Shown here piece after piece: positions 1 to 13,119 of a stretch of 64,000 nucleotides of DNA. The stretch is from Octopus bimaculoides (Eukaryota): assembly GCF_001194135.2 (NCBI RefSeq), contig NC_068981.1, positions 176,351,701 through 176,415,700 on the forward strand, given 5' to 3'. Made by a program: the position numbers and the translations under genes. The notes under the pieces are model-generated. The model was given only the letters and a program-made list of their open reading frames with translations. It was not told the DNA's origin and did no database searches. The first letter of the stretch is position 1; every line of letters starts with the position of its first letter.

Positions 1-224
1 TATATATATATGTATACACACACACAGAGACACACACATATATAAACACACGCACACACACATATATATATATACACATATATATATGCATATATATATA
101 TGTGTATGTATACAATGAAAAAATATCGCAATACAAATGTATTACTTTCCAGTAAAATAAAGAGTCTGAAATCTAGGTACTGCATTTTCCGATTCTGGGT
201 TGTCCATTTATCTAATGTTCTTCC

Positions 225-348
225 TAAATGGATGGATGGATGGACGGAAGGACAGACAGACTGACTGACTGACTGACAGATGGATGGACGGACGGACTGA
301 TAGATAGAGAGTTAGATAGAAAGACAGACAGACAGATAGATAGATAGT

Positions 349-384
<36 letters not shown>

Positions 385-451
385 TAGATACACAGATAGA
401 TAGATGGACAGATAGACAAATAGATAGATAGATAGATAGATAGATAGACAA

Positions 452-484
<33 letters not shown>

Positions 485-535
485 CAGATAGACAGACAAA
501 CAGACAGACAGACAAATAAGTGCATAGACACACAC
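225..535. repeat. Compound (GATG)/(GACA)/(GATA)n microsatellite
   Basis: Visible tetranucleotide arrays; explains ORFs 208..577. Confidence 0.95.
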
Positions 536-949
536 ATGAGCAGAAATGCATACAGATGGTGTATGTCCAATGTGCATTGATTTGAAATTTCCAGTGATTA
601 AAGAGATATTTTAGACTTCACTTTGCTATGTTTGATTTCAAATATTCAATAGAGTGTATTACCAAAATGTCTGCATTCCTGCATTGAACTGTTAAAATTG
701 AACTGTTTTTAACATTGATAATTTATGAAAGGCTGACATAGTTTTAACACATCGATACTCTCACCTGATGAAGAGAATTGTGAATGATATATCTGAAATA
801 CTGTTGCTTCGACTGCAGGCAATTATTTATCTATTTTATATTCAACCACATATATATAAAGATATGTATGCATGTGTATGTGTGTATCTTATTATTATTA
901 TTGTTACCACTACTACTACTACTGTCATTATTGTTATTGTTATTATTAA

Positions 950-1195
950 GGTGGTGAGCTGGCAGAATCATTAGCACAACGGGTGAAATGCTTAAGCGGT
1001 ATTTTGTCTGCTGCTATATTCTGAGTTCAAATTCTGCTGAGGTCGACATTGCCTTTCATTCTTTCAGAGTTGATAAATTAAGCTCAAGTGAAACACTGGG
1101 GTCGATGTAATCGACTAGTCCACTCCCTCAAAATTTCAGGCCTCTAATAGAAGGAGATTATTTCTTGTGCTTCTAGTAGAAAGGATTATTATTAT
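950..1195 (+). mobile_element. SINE family B variant (tRNA-derived head, (ATT)n tail)
   Basis: A-box-like TGGCAGAATCATTAGC, B-box-like GAGTTCAAATTC, core TTGCCTTTCATTCTTTCAGAGTTGATAAA shared with the other B copies. Confidence 0.8.
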
Positions 1196-1313
1196 TAATA
1201 ATAATAACTATATTTATTATGAAAATAAAGCAGTTTTATTTTGCCCCATGCAATTTAATAATGTATGTAATTCATACGAAATGTGTTCAGTACCTCTTTC
1301 ATTTGTCCACTCA

Positions 1314-1315
<2 letters not shown>

Positions 1316-1396
<81 letters not shown>

Positions 1397-1417
1397 CCTG
1401 TACATCACCTCCAAACC

Positions 1418-1465
<48 letters not shown>
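1316..1465. repeat. (TA)n array containing a 31-bp unique island at 1393-1423
   Basis: Direct reading. Confidence 0.95.
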
Positions 1466-1466
<1 letters not shown>

Positions 1467-1660
1467 GTGTATAGGGAGGATTCACAAAAAAGAACAACAG
1501 ACGAAGACAGGTGGTGTAGACAACAAACAGGTGTATTAGTATTATGCTCAGGAATTGAAAAAGTCTTTAACGTTTCGAGCTTACGCTCTTCCACAGAAAG
1601 AAACAAGAAGAGAAAAAAGATGTGTAGTGGTTAGCGATCTATCATGGCGAATGGTATATA
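1466..1660 (-). mobile_element. Penelope-like terminal-repeat remnant with hammerhead-like motif (copy 1 of 3)
   Basis: Homologous to 5410-5640 and 30225-30400; minus strand carries TCTTT-CTGTGGA-A-GAGC-GTAA-GCTC-GAAAC-GTT-AAAGA; abuts (TA)n. Confidence 0.6.
1564..1601 (-). ncRNA. Minimal type I hammerhead-ribozyme-like motif (variant core)
   Basis: Stem I TCTTT/AAAGA, stem II GAGC/GCTC, GAAAC, palindromic ACGT stem III, GUU triplet; core CUGUGGA instead of CUGANGA. Confidence 0.45.
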
Positions 1661-1703
1661 AGTACATATATATACATATATGTATATATATATATGAGTT
1701 CTA

Positions 1704-1867
1704 GGGTGTAGGGCTGGCTGTGTGGTAAGTAGCTTGCTTACCATCCACATGGTTCCAGGTTCAGTCCCACTATGTGACACCTTGGGCAAGTGTCTTCTAC
1801 TATAGCCTCGGGCCGACCAAAGCATTGTGAGTGGATTTGGTAGACTGAAACTGAAAGAAGCCCGTCG

Positions 1868-1900
<33 letters not shown>

Positions 1901-2097
1901 TTGTCCCCCAACATCGCTTGACAACCGATGCTGGTGTGTATACGTCCCCGTAACTTGACGGTTCAGCAAAAGAGACCGATAGAATAACTACTAGGCTTAC
2001 AAAGAATAAGTCCTGGGGTCGATTTGCTCGACTAAAGGTGGTGCTCCAGCATGGCCACAGTCAAATGACTGAAACAAGTAAAAAAGAGTAAAAGAGT
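1704..2097 (+). mobile_element. SINE family A, near full length
   Basis: tRNA-like head (TGGCTGTGTGG ... GGTTCCAGGTTCAGTCCC), conserved middle CCTTGGGCAAGTGTCTTCTACTATAGC...GAAACTGAAAGAAGCCCGTCG, internal (TA)(TG) tract, tail GACTGAAACAAGTAAAAGAG. Confidence 0.9.
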
Positions 2098-2369
2098 CAT
2101 CTGATACTAATGGCAATAAATGTCTTCCAATGTATATGTATGTCCATGTGTGTGTGTGTGTGTGTGTTTGAGAGAGAGAGAGAGAGAGAGTACATAGATG
2201 AATGGTCCAAGTTTTAGAGCAATGGATATATTGCAAAACTCATCAACTACTATAATAAACTGATAACATTAAGCAAGGATTCTGGGACTCATTGATATTA
2301 ATAACAATAACTGCACGTGGATAACATCCGTGATTATAAGGCTTCCACTATATGTATGTATGTTTGTAT

Positions 2370-2386
2370 GTATATAGATAGATAGG

Positions 2387-2420
<34 letters not shown>

Positions 2421-2569
2421 TACATAGAGACAGTAAGACAGACAACCAGACAGATAATTATATAGATAGATAGATAGATAGATATAGATAGATAGATAGA
2501 TATAGATAGATAGATAGACATATATACAGACAGACAGGCTGACAGATAAATAGATAATTAGATGGATAA

Positions 2570-2600
<31 letters not shown>

Positions 2601-2656
2601 TAGATAGATAGATATAGATAGATAGACAGATGGATAGATAGATAGATAGACAGATG

Positions 2657-2700
<44 letters not shown>
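2370..2700. repeat. (GATA)/(GACA)n microsatellite
   Basis: Direct reading. Confidence 0.95.
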
Positions 2701-2701
<1 letters not shown>

Positions 2702-4439
2702 TGTATTCTATCTATATTTTACACTTGTTTCACTCTTCTGCCTTTCCAAGATGAATATTAGAAATAGCTGAGCCTAATATTTTATTCATGGGACTGACCT
2801 TTGCCCTCTTATTCTTCTTAGTCAGATTTCCACTCAACCCTACCCCCCACTTCTACCCCCTACCAAGATCCCTCAATACTCATTCTTGTGATGACACTGT
2901 AGCAGCAAATAGTTGAATCGGTCACAGGAATTTCAAACTTGTGGAATTTGGCAAATCGGTGCATGCAGACAGTCTTTGTGTTTGGTGTAGGAGAAGGGGG
3001 GGGGGGGGTTCTGATGAAATGCTTACAGTTTTGTGACTCATTCACATCTTTTGGTGTCGTTTCTTCTGTCCCTATTTTCCATTCTTTCAACCATTCTTTC
3101 TTCTAATGCTTCCTTTCTTTCTTTCTTTCTTTCTTTCCAAGATGGTGTCTCAATAGACTCCCTTCTCTTTCTGCAACTTCTGTCTTCATTGTCATTGCTG
3201 TTGCTGTTGCTGTTATCATCATCATTATCATCATCATCATCATCATCCTCATCATCCTCAGCATCGGCATCATCATCATCATCATCATCATCATTATCAT
3301 CATCATCTCCCACTCACTATTGTTCTGTCAATCCTTCTCTCTCTCTTTTTGACCTTCTTTTCCTCCCTTTCTTTTCTACCCACCACCACCACCACCCTCT
3401 GTCTCCTCCACTCCGCCCCACCCCACCCCGCCCCACCCCAAGCATGCATCTGGTGTTGTGCTGCTGCATGTCTTCACACATGTCTGCTTTATCTTGTTTT
3501 GTAAACACAGAATGTCTGTAGAATTTTGTAGTGGAATTTCTCAACAGTTCCATAAATTAATATCATCCATATTAGATGGATGATATAATTTCCTATTCAA
3601 CAGAGAAAACTGGTGGTAAGGAATGGAACAACGGGCTAGAGGTGGTGGAGGTAAATAAATTCTTTTCAGGATTCTTCAAGAACCCTAAAACCAAATGTGT
3701 TTCAAACAGAAATAAAAAAATAAAAATAAAAACGATAAGAAATTCAATTTTATACTCTTCCGACACCTTTTCCCCTACTTCCTTCCTTATACCTCTTGTC
3801 TACTATTTATTCCCTCTCTCTCTCTCTTTCTCTTTCTTGTCTTCATCATCACCCCTTCTCTTACTCATCTCACCCCTGATCCACCATTTTCTTATTATCT
3901 TTCACATCATACTGTTTTATCATTTTGTGCGCTCATCTTTCTAAACTGTTACCTTTATATTTCAAAATCTGTAAAAAAATTTTTTTTTCATAAAGGAAGA
4001 AAAAAGAAAAAAAGGTAGCCTTAATTTATATTGGTTTCTCAGCACCAGAAACAAGGCCAATGTTCTTTTATTCTTTTATTTGTTTCAGTCATTTGACTGT
4101 GGCCATGCTGGAGCACTGCCTTTAGTCGAACAAATCGACCCCAGAACTTATTCTTTGTAAGCCTAGTACTTATTCTATCGATTTCTTTCTATCAGTGACA
4201 AACACAGACACACAAACATATACACACACGCACATATAGTTCAGTTGATACAATGATACAGTAAGTCTTTGCAATGGTATTTATCCAGGAGGTGTTAAGC
4301 TGGCTCCTACTTGTGAGTTCATGGGAGTTTCAAGGGATGATCAAATTCGGCGAAAACACCTCCCCTCTGTATTTGTAAACTACCATACACGACCAGTGGC
4401 AGGTCATCCTTGTGTTAAGCCTTCTCGCCACAGGATACC

Positions 4440-4640
4440 CAGAGATGCAATCCAATGCCACCAGGAAGCTGCCGGATTCCAGAACAGATGCTGTCTGGAA
4501 TTCTCCATTGTCCTCCATTTAGCTGGGTTATGGTCCTAGCACTGTCAGTATCAGACCTGTCTGCTTTTGGTGGTCCTACTAGGGACTCGAAGTCCCTACC
4601 AGCATAGCTCTGACACTCACCTGTTTAACCTTCTTACCAT
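4440..4640 (-). mobile_element. Probable RTE-type LINE 5' UTR remnant
   Basis: Minus strand CCTTGACCTCATTATGG...TGTCAGAGCTATGCTGGTAGGGAC...GTCCCTAGTAGGACCACC...CAGACAGGTC resembles RTE 5' UTR motifs recalled from memory. Confidence 0.4.
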
Positions 4641-4668
4641 AATGAGGTCAAGGGTTAGACTTTGAGTG

Positions 4669-4740
<72 letters not shown>

Positions 4741-4774
4741 ATGATGATAATGATGATGATATATATACACACAA

Positions 4775-4833
<59 letters not shown>

Positions 4834-4961
4834 CATATACATATACATATATATGTATATGTATATCTGTTATTAGTGATAGAAGCAGCATTGGTTCAGA
4901 ATAGCATTTTTTATAAATTACTTCACATGGATACACTGTAGAAAGCCACAAAACTGTATGC

Positions 4962-4988
<27 letters not shown>

Positions 4989-4992
<4 letters not shown>

Positions 4993-5192
4993 CGCCAGAT
5001 TGGCCTTCATGCTGGTAGCATGTAAAAAGCACCCACTACACTCTCGGAGTGGTTGGCGTTAGGAAGGGCATCCAGCTGTAGAAACTCTGCCAAATCAGAT
5101 TGGAGTCTGGTGTAGCCACCCGCTTCGCCAGTCCCCAGTCAAATCGTCCAACCCATGCAAGCATGGAAAGCAGACGTTAAATGATGATGATG
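4989..5192 (+). mobile_element. Family C retroposon 3' part with (GAT)n tail
   Basis: GGAGTGGTTGGCGTTAGGAAGGGCATCCAGCTGTAGAAAC...CCATGCAAGCATGGAAAGCAGACGTTAAA(TGA)n, repeated many times in the window. Confidence 0.85.
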
Positions 5193-5409
5193 AGGAGGAT
5201 GATTTATGTATGTATGTGTGTATATGTGTACATATATATATATATANNNNNNNNNNNNNNNNNNNNNNNNNNNNNNNNNNNNNNNNNNNNNNNNNNNNNN
5301 NNNNNNNNNNNNNNNNNNNNNNNNNNNNNNNNNNNNNNNNNNNNNNNNNNNNNNNNNNNNNNNNNNNNNNNNNNNNNNNNNNNNNNNNNNNNNNNNNNNN
5401 NNNNNNNNN

Positions 5410-5640
5410 ATATATATAGGAGAATATACAAAAAATAACAACAGACGAGGACAGGTGGTGTAAATAACAAAAGTATATATTAGTATGACGCTCGGGAATA
5501 CGGAAAGTCTTTGACGTTTCGAGCTACGCTCTTCAACAGAAAGAATACGGAGACAAGGAGAAAAACACGGAGAAAAAAAATTGAATAGTGTTCAGTCAAC
5601 GGTCAATCATAATAATGGCCGATCATAACAATGTATATGT
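5410..5640 (-). mobile_element. Penelope-like remnant with hammerhead-like motif (copy 2 of 3)
   Basis: Homologous to 1466-1660 with the same junction to (TA)n. Confidence 0.6.
5508..5544 (-). ncRNA. Minimal type I hammerhead-ribozyme-like motif (variant core, GUC site)
   Basis: TCTTT-CTGTTGA-A-GAGC-GTA-GCTC-GAAAC-GTC-AAAGA on the minus strand. Confidence 0.5.
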
Positions 5641-6644
5641 ACACATATACACACACACATATATTCTTTTATTTTTTAATTTGTTTCAGTCATTTGACTG
5701 TGGCCATGCTGGTGCACCACCTTTAGTCAAAGAAATTGACCCAGGACTTATTCTATCAGTCTCTTTTGTTAAACTGCAAAGTTACGAGGATGTAAACATC
5801 AGGGTGTCAAGTGATGGTGGTGTGACAAACACAGACACACAAACAAACACGCACACACACACACACACACATTGTATAGGGCTAACCACTTCTAACCCTA
5901 AAATGAACCCTGAATGTAATTTGACTAACAGCAACCCTAATCTCACCTTCAGTTCTTAAATGTCATTCTAATCCTAATTATATTTTATCTCTAATCCTAA
6001 TTGTAAATCTAAACTTAACACTTGTCCCTAATCCTGCTGAAAGTCAAACCTTCTTTTGTTGTGTTTTGTTTTTGTTTGTTTGTTTTTACCTATATATCAC
6101 AATGTCACATACTATACACTCCCACATACTTATTCAGTTTGATAAAAAAGATAGATAAGAAAATATTTATTGCCCAAGACATGAAAAGCATTCAATGTAT
6201 CTATGAATTGGAAGGGATTTATTTAGAAAAGGAAACAGAAAGAAGGTGGGCGGAGTGGAGAGAAAGAGGAAGAAATCTAATAATTAATTGAGAGATAAGA
6301 CCCAAGTTCATTCATGGCTGATTACAAATTTTTTTTTTTCCTATGTAGAAGGGAACTCTTTATAGTCTCCACTCCAACCCTACCCTCCACACGCACATAT
6401 AAACATACAAACATATACAAACACTTCCTAATCAGAGGGAATGGCCAGTCGAAAATCTGTTGTAGTAAATATCTGTGTTTTAGAAGTTTTACAGTATGTG
6501 ACATACATAGAAATAAGTACTAATGAATTCAGTCCTTCGTTCTTGAATAATTAAGGATTTGGAAATGGAGGGAAAAGTGGTGATGACTAAATAGATAAGG
6601 TGCAAAGCGCCAGACTGCTATCTGGACGTTTGATTCAATATTCT

Positions 6645-7073
6645 TTTCTACTCTAGGTGCAAGGCCCAAAATTTTGGGGGAGTGGGGGCCAGGCAATTAG
6701 ATCGACCCCAGTACATAACTGGTACTTATTTAATTGACCCTGAAAGGATGAAAGGCAAAGCCGACTCAGTGGAATTTGAACTTAGAACGTAACAGCAGAC
6801 GAAATACCACTAAGCATTTTGCCCAGTGTGCTGACATTTCTTATTTCTTTATTGCCCACAAGGGGGTAAACATAGAGAGGACAAACAAGGACAGACAAAG
6901 GGATTAAATCGATTACATCGACCCCAGTGCATAACTGGTACTTAATTTATCGACCTCGAAAGGATAAAAGGCAAAGTCGACCTCAGCGGAATTTGAACTC
7001 AGAACGTAAAGATAGACGAAATACCACTAAGCATTTCGCCGGGCATGCTAACATCACTGCCAGCTCGTCGCCT
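6645..7073 (-). mobile_element. Two tandem/nested SINE family B copies
   Basis: Copies at about 6645-6840 and 6841-7073; the second begins at its TTATTTC tail inside the head of the first. Confidence 0.85.
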
Positions 7074-7949
7074 TACGTTTGATATAATTTTCAAATATTG
7101 TACGTGTGTTTTTATTGGTTAAACTGGCAACATGACCATCCCCAAATACAACAATATCTGTTTCAACACACGATTTCACATCAAGAATCTTGCAAAACAA
7201 ATATATAAACGAAAGTCTTCATTTCTTTTTCCTTTCTCTTCTTTCTTTCTTTCTTTTCCTTTTTGTCTTTTTCACCTGTCCTAGCATCTGTTTTCTAGAA
7301 GTTTCACCACAATATGCGACATACATAGATATAGGTACTAACGAGCACCCAGCCTTTAGTTCTTGAATAATTAAGGATCTGGAAATAGAGGGAAAAGTGG
7401 TGATAACTTGATAACTGAATAGATAAGCTCCAGATTGCTATTTGAGCATTTGATACAATATTGAAATATCTGTGTTCTTTTCCCTTTTCTTTTTTGTTTA
7501 TTTCTTTTTCACCTGTCCTAGTGTCTGTTAATGAGGTGAAGCTGGAGCACCACAGAGCCAATCTCAGATCTAAGATAACAGCCTCTTTGTTCTTATCACT
7601 ATCCCATTGTCAGTTAATGAGGTGAGTTTAGAATACCACTGAGTCAAGCTTAGACTTGATATTTGATCTGAGATTTTTTTTACGTTGCTGTTGTTTTGTT
7701 TTTGTTTTTTATTTATTTCTTTTTTCTTTTTCTCATCTCACCCTGTTAATGAGGTGTAGCTGACTCAAGCCATATTTCTTTCTATAAACTTAGCTCACCA
7801 TGAAGCCCTCTGTAATTTAACTGGTAGATCTTAAAAGTTTGGGGTTCCTCCTCTCTGATATCCTGTTATTCGTTTATCTGAGGATCTATTCAGTATCTAT
7901 AGACATTGTTTAGTCCCTTTTCAATAGAAATTTCTCTATTAAGCAGATA

Positions 7950-8272
7950 CTCTTTACTCTCTTTTACTCTTTTGCTTGTTTCAGTCATTTGACTGCGGCC
8001 ATGCTGGAGCACTGCCTTTTAGTCAAATCAAATCAACCCCAGGACTTATTCTTTGTAAGCCTAGTACTTATTCTATCAGTCTCTTTTGCCGAGCCGCTAA
8101 GTTACGANNNNNNNNNNTCTTTGTAAGCCTAGTTACGTGGTGGTGTGTTTACGTCCCCGTAAATTAGTAGTTCGATAGAATAAGTCCTGGGGTCGATTTG
8201 CTCAACTAAAGGTGGTGCTCCAGCATGGCCGCAGTCAAATGACTGAAACAAGTAAAAGAGTAAAAGAGTAAA
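7950..8272. mobile_element. Inverted pair of SINE family A 3' halves around a 10-N gap
   Basis: Minus copy about 7950-8107, plus copy about 8130-8272. Confidence 0.8.
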
Positions 8273-8412
8273 GACTTTGCAATTCAAAAAAGTAAGAGGA
8301 AACTTTTCAAGTATAAATAAAGTGGAAGAACACAAAAATAAACATTATTTTCCATCTTTTGTTTCATTTAAAAAAATATAAATTTATCTTATACTCTTTT
8401 TTTTCTTTTTTT

Positions 8413-8625
8413 TTACTCTTTTTACTTGCTTCAGTCATTTGACTGCTGCCATGCTGGAGCACCGCCTTTAGTCAAGCAAATCAACCCCAGGACTTATTCT
8501 TTGTAAGCCTAGTACTTATTCTATCAGTCTCTTTTGCCGAGCCGCTAAGTTACGAGGACGTTAACAAACCAGCATTGGTTGTCAAGCAATGTTGGGGAGA
8601 CAAACACATATACATACACACATAT

Positions 8626-8668
<43 letters not shown>

Positions 8669-8833
8669 TACGACAGGCTTCTTTCAGTTTCCGTCTACCA
8701 AATACACTCACAAGGCTCTGGTCAGCCCGAGGCTATAGTAGAAGACACTTGCGCAAGGTGCCGCGCAGTGGGACTGAACTCGGAACCATGTGATTGGTAA
8801 GCAAGCTACTTACCACACAGCCACTCCTGCACC
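8413..8833 (-). mobile_element. SINE family A, full length
   Basis: Reverse complement of the head, middle, internal microsatellite and tail seen at 1704-2097. Confidence 0.9.
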
Positions 8834-9043
8834 TTTGTTATTGTTTACATTTCGAATTATATGTGGAGGCACCAAAATCTTTTGAGTGCTTAGAGCCTTT
8901 ATGGGTCTTAACCTGACCCTGCACATATATTATCAAAGTGTGCTGCAGATTTTTAAAAATATAATTTAGGGCTTAAGAAAATCCAGCCTAATGGTAGAGT
9001 ATTTTGAATGTGTGATTCATAATTTTGTGACATGCAAGTTTGG

Positions 9044-9273
9044 TTAAAGCCTTTTATTAGTGTTTTTCTGTGAAATTTACTGCCTTTGTCTCAATTCATT
9101 TTGAAAATATTGAAGAATTTGATAAAAAAATCTTGTTATAATTAAGTGGTTGTTTGGAACATAAATTAACATAGAATTTTCAGAGAATGATGTTTTAATT
9201 TAGATAATTTTAAAATGGTAAATTTATATCACAGAACCAAGGGTAGTCAGAGGTTTGGTTGATATCGAAAGGA
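9044..9273. mobile_element. Degenerate piggyBac-like MITE (related to 50793-51014)
   Basis: Internal similarity (GAAGAATTT...GGAACATAAATT...TTTTAAT) to the TTAA-flanked element at 50793; ends decayed. Confidence 0.45.
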
Positions 9274-9424
9274 TCCATAAAACAATGTAATAGATTTTTC
9301 TTTTTATATTTTCTTCTAAATTTTTTATTTTAAAAGTCATTTAACAAAAAAAAAACTTTCAATGCAAAATCTGTGTTCATGTGTCTTTGTGTATTTCTTT
9401 GTCTCCCAGCAGTCCTTGGCAAAC

Positions 9425-9763
9425 ACTCTTTTACTCTTTTACTTGTTTCAGTCATTTGACTGCCTTTAGTCGAGCAAATCGACCCCAGGACTTATTCTTT
9501 GTAAGCCTGGTACTTATTCTATCATTCTCTTTTGCCGAACCGCTAAGTTATGGGGATGTAAACACACGAGCATCGGTTGTCAAGAGATGCTGGGGAGACA
9601 AACACAGACACACAATATACATATATATGACGGGCTTCTTCTGGAACCTTGACATACAAACAGACAATCAGACAGACAGAGAGACAGACAAAAACAGAGA
9701 GACAGACAAAAACAGAGAGACAGACAAAAACGGACAAAGACAGACAAACAAAAATAGACAGAC

Positions 9764-9833
<70 letters not shown>

Positions 9834-9850
9834 TCAGATAGATAGGTAGA
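9425..9850 (-). mobile_element. SINE family A 3' half followed by expanded (CAGA)/(GATA)n with an 18-bp subrepeat
   Basis: A-family tail at 9425-9640; GAGACAGACAAAAACAGA about three times from 9681. Confidence 0.8.
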
Positions 9851-10577
9851 CAGAAGTAATTATTTTTGTTGTTCTGGAAGTTCTGGAGCACAATGCCATC
9901 TCAAAACTGCACCATGCTCCTAATTCTGTTTAGGCATGGTTTTCCTGATGCAAACCATTTTACAGAATGCACCAAGTGCTTTGTTGTAGCACCAGCTCTA
10001 GAGAGGTTGTCATGAAATTCACAAGACCAAGATTTCCTTAGACTGAATAGTGCTACATTAAAGAATGAAGCGGCTCTACGCTGAGTGATGAGAAGTTAAA
10101 CTATGCAAGAAGGATCCCAGAAGAGGAGAGATATATGGTTATTTGCATAAAAGAAGATTGAGTGAAACTAATGATGGTGAAACTGGAAAGAGAGATAAAA
10201 TAGTAATAATGAGGTGTTTGGGTGGGCTCTGGAGATACAAGAAGGTGAATAGAAGTGAATGGGGACAAAAGAGCAGGAAGTGCAGGTGGGTAGAGGGCGC
10301 AAAAGTGTATGAAAAGTGTAAAGGATGTTTAGTGATGGGGTTGCAGGGTGGCGGTGAGAGGGCGCAATATTATGAATGAAGAACAAGGGTTGAGGAGTGG
10401 TCGATGATAAATATATATTGAAGGGAGGAACGCAGTGACGTATACACATACATACTTATGGACATACATACACGCATACACTGATACATATATATATATA
10501 TATATGTATATATATAACAGGAGTCTGTGGTGTGTATATATATGTATGTGTGTGTATCTGTGTGTGCATATATATAT

Positions 10578-10614
<37 letters not shown>

Positions 10615-11226
10615 GATATGTTTATATATACACATTCACATTTTCTCTGCTATGAAACACATACCTATTGATGAGAGTGCAGGCTGAATTTCTTGTCAGT
10701 ATTTTATTATGCTTTTTATTTTCATATCTGTTTTATGTACCTCAACCCACCTACTTCTCCCCCTTCTTCCCACCTTTTTATCTGTAATCTTCATATCCCT
10801 TCTTCTCTTCTACATCCATTTTTACATCCGTTTTCTATATCAACATATAAAACTGCCAACTCACCTCACACCGCATATACTTACTTCTACACCCACAAAG
10901 ACACGTATGCATGCATATATACATAGTTGGAGAAAACATAATATACCCAATCACCCATATGTTGACATATATATATGTATGTATATATGTGTGTATATAT
11001 ATATATATAGATATATGTATGTACTGACTTTATTTTGGCTGTTCCTTATTTCTGCACTTACATCTAACTTTATGTTAATATATTCTTTCAAAGTGAGAGG
11101 GAAGGAATCTTACATGATTGCTTCATGTATGCATTCATATATTTATATATCTACCCAGATACACAGTTATGAATATATTTGAATGCTCTGACACACACAC
11201 ATAGCTATAGGTGTACCGATATGTTT

Positions 11227-11261
<35 letters not shown>

Positions 11262-11385
11262 TGTGTGTTTGTGTGTGCATGTGTATGTGTGTGCATGTAT
11301 GTATGTGTGTGTGTGTTTGTACATATATATATTACACCCACAGACACATACACATAGATAGATGGATAGATAGATAGATAGAGAA

Positions 11386-11418
<33 letters not shown>

Positions 11419-11485
11419 GAGAGAGAAGATAGATACATTTCTTTTAATAGCCACACAGGGCTCAACAAAGATGGGACAAATACAA

Positions 11486-12387
11486 NNNNNNNNNNNNNNN
11501 NNNNNNNNNNNNNNNNNNNNNNNNNNNNNNNNNNNNNNNNNNNNNNNNNNNNNNNNNNNNNNNNNNNNNNNNNNNNNNNNNNNNNNNNNNNNNNNNNNNN
11601 NNNNNNNNNNNNNNNNNNNNNNNNNNNNNNNNNNNNNNNNNNNNNNNNNNNNNNNNNNNNNNNNNNNNNNNNNNNNNNNNNNNNNNNNNNNNNNNNNNNN
11701 NNNNNNNNNNNNNNNNNNNNNNNNNNNNNNNNNNNNNNNNNNNNNNNNNNNNNNNNNNNNNNNNNNNNNNNNNNNNNNNNNNNNNNNNNNNNNNNNNNNN
11801 NNNNNNNNNNNNNNNNNNNNNNNNNNNNNNNNNNNNNNNNNNNNNNNNNNNNNNNNNNNNNNNNNNNNNNNNNNNNNNNNNNNNNNNNNNNNNNNNNNNN
11901 NNNNNNNNNNNNNNNNNNNNNNNNNNNNNNNNNNNNNNNNNNNNNNNNNNNNNNNNNNNNNNNNNNNNNNNNNNNNNNNNNNNNNNNNNNNNNNNNNNNN
12001 NNNNNNNNNNNNNNNNNNNNNNNNNNNNNNNNNNNNNNNNNNNNNNNNNNNNNNNNNNNNNNNNNNNNNNNNNNNNNNNNNNNNNNNNNNNNNNNNNNNN
12101 NNNNNNNNNNNNNNNNNNNNNNNNNNNNNNNNNNNNNNNNNNNNNNNNNNNNNNNNNNNNNNNNNNNNNNNNNNNNNNNNNNNNNNNNNNNNNNNNNNNN
12201 NNNNNNNNNNNNNNNNNNNNNNNNNNNNNNNNNNNNNNNNNNNNNNNNNNNNNNNNNNNNNNNNNNNNNNNNNNNNNNNNNNNNNNNNNNNNNNNNNNNN
12301 NNNNNNNNNNNNNNNNNNNNNNNNNNNNNNNNNNNNNNNNNNNNNNNNNNNNNNNNNNNNNNNNNNNNNNNNNNNNNNNNNNNNNNN
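11486..12387. other. Assembly gap
   Basis: N run; the long X-rich ORFs spanning it are artefacts. Confidence 1.
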
Positions 12388-12514
12388 AGTGCATGCATCT
12401 ATATCCATATCTACATATATATTTATTAATAAACAGACTTGTCTTTGAGTATACTCAGCAGTCTCAGACAAGAGTTTAGACAACATCAGCTTTGTTTCTT
12501 TGGATCCCTTCAGA

Positions 12515-12557
<43 letters not shown>

Positions 12558-13119
12558 AATATATATTTCTCTCTATGTTTCCTATTATGCTCTTTTCTGT
12601 TTTCCAAGTATTTTTGCACATCCATTTCTCTACCTAAATAGACAGCCAAGGAGATAGTTATTAATCTGTCAGACATAATTATATCTGCATATATAAGACT
12701 ATGCATGGATGAATATGTGTGTGTGTGTATGTGTGTGTGTGTGTGTGTGTGTGTAAACAAAAATGAGCCAAGACAAATAACTGGAAGATGCCAGTCACAT
12801 GTATCTTTTTTTCTTTTACTTTTATTTCTTTCAGTCATTTGAATGTGGCCATGCTGGAGCACCTCCTTTAGTCGAGCAAATTGACCCCAGGACTTATTCT
12901 TTGTGAACCTAGTACTTATTCTATCGGTCTCTCTTGCCAAACCGCTAAGTGACGGGGGGATGTAAAGACACCAGCATGCGATGTTGGGGGGACAAACACA
13001 TACATACATACATACATCAAACAGTTTACTGCGTGATTCTTAAATGGCTTATAAACACCTTCCNNNNNNNNNNNNNNNNNNNNNNNNNNNNNNNNNNNNN
13101 NNNNNNNNNNNNNNNNNNC

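Noticed and set aside
761-805. Hammerhead at CTGATGA-AGA...TCT-GAAA
   Set aside because: Only a 3-bp stem II and no stem I, stem III or NUH site; at best a very old remnant (likewise about 10668-10700).
1704-1790. tRNA genes at the SINE heads (also 22395, 54232, 61247 and B heads)
   Set aside because: A and B boxes are present but there is no intact cloverleaf or terminator, and each runs into a repeated SINE body.
2860-3553. Coding exons in ORFs 2860..3090, 3038..3313 and 3317..3553
   Set aside because: Partly microsatellite-derived, no recognisable domain; the nearby plus-strand acceptor at about 3510 is closed in all frames.
5880-6020. Interstitial telomeric repeat or Helitron-type TAACCC tract
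   Set aside because: Only scattered CTAACCCTAA/TAATCCTAA words; no array and no Helitron termini identified.
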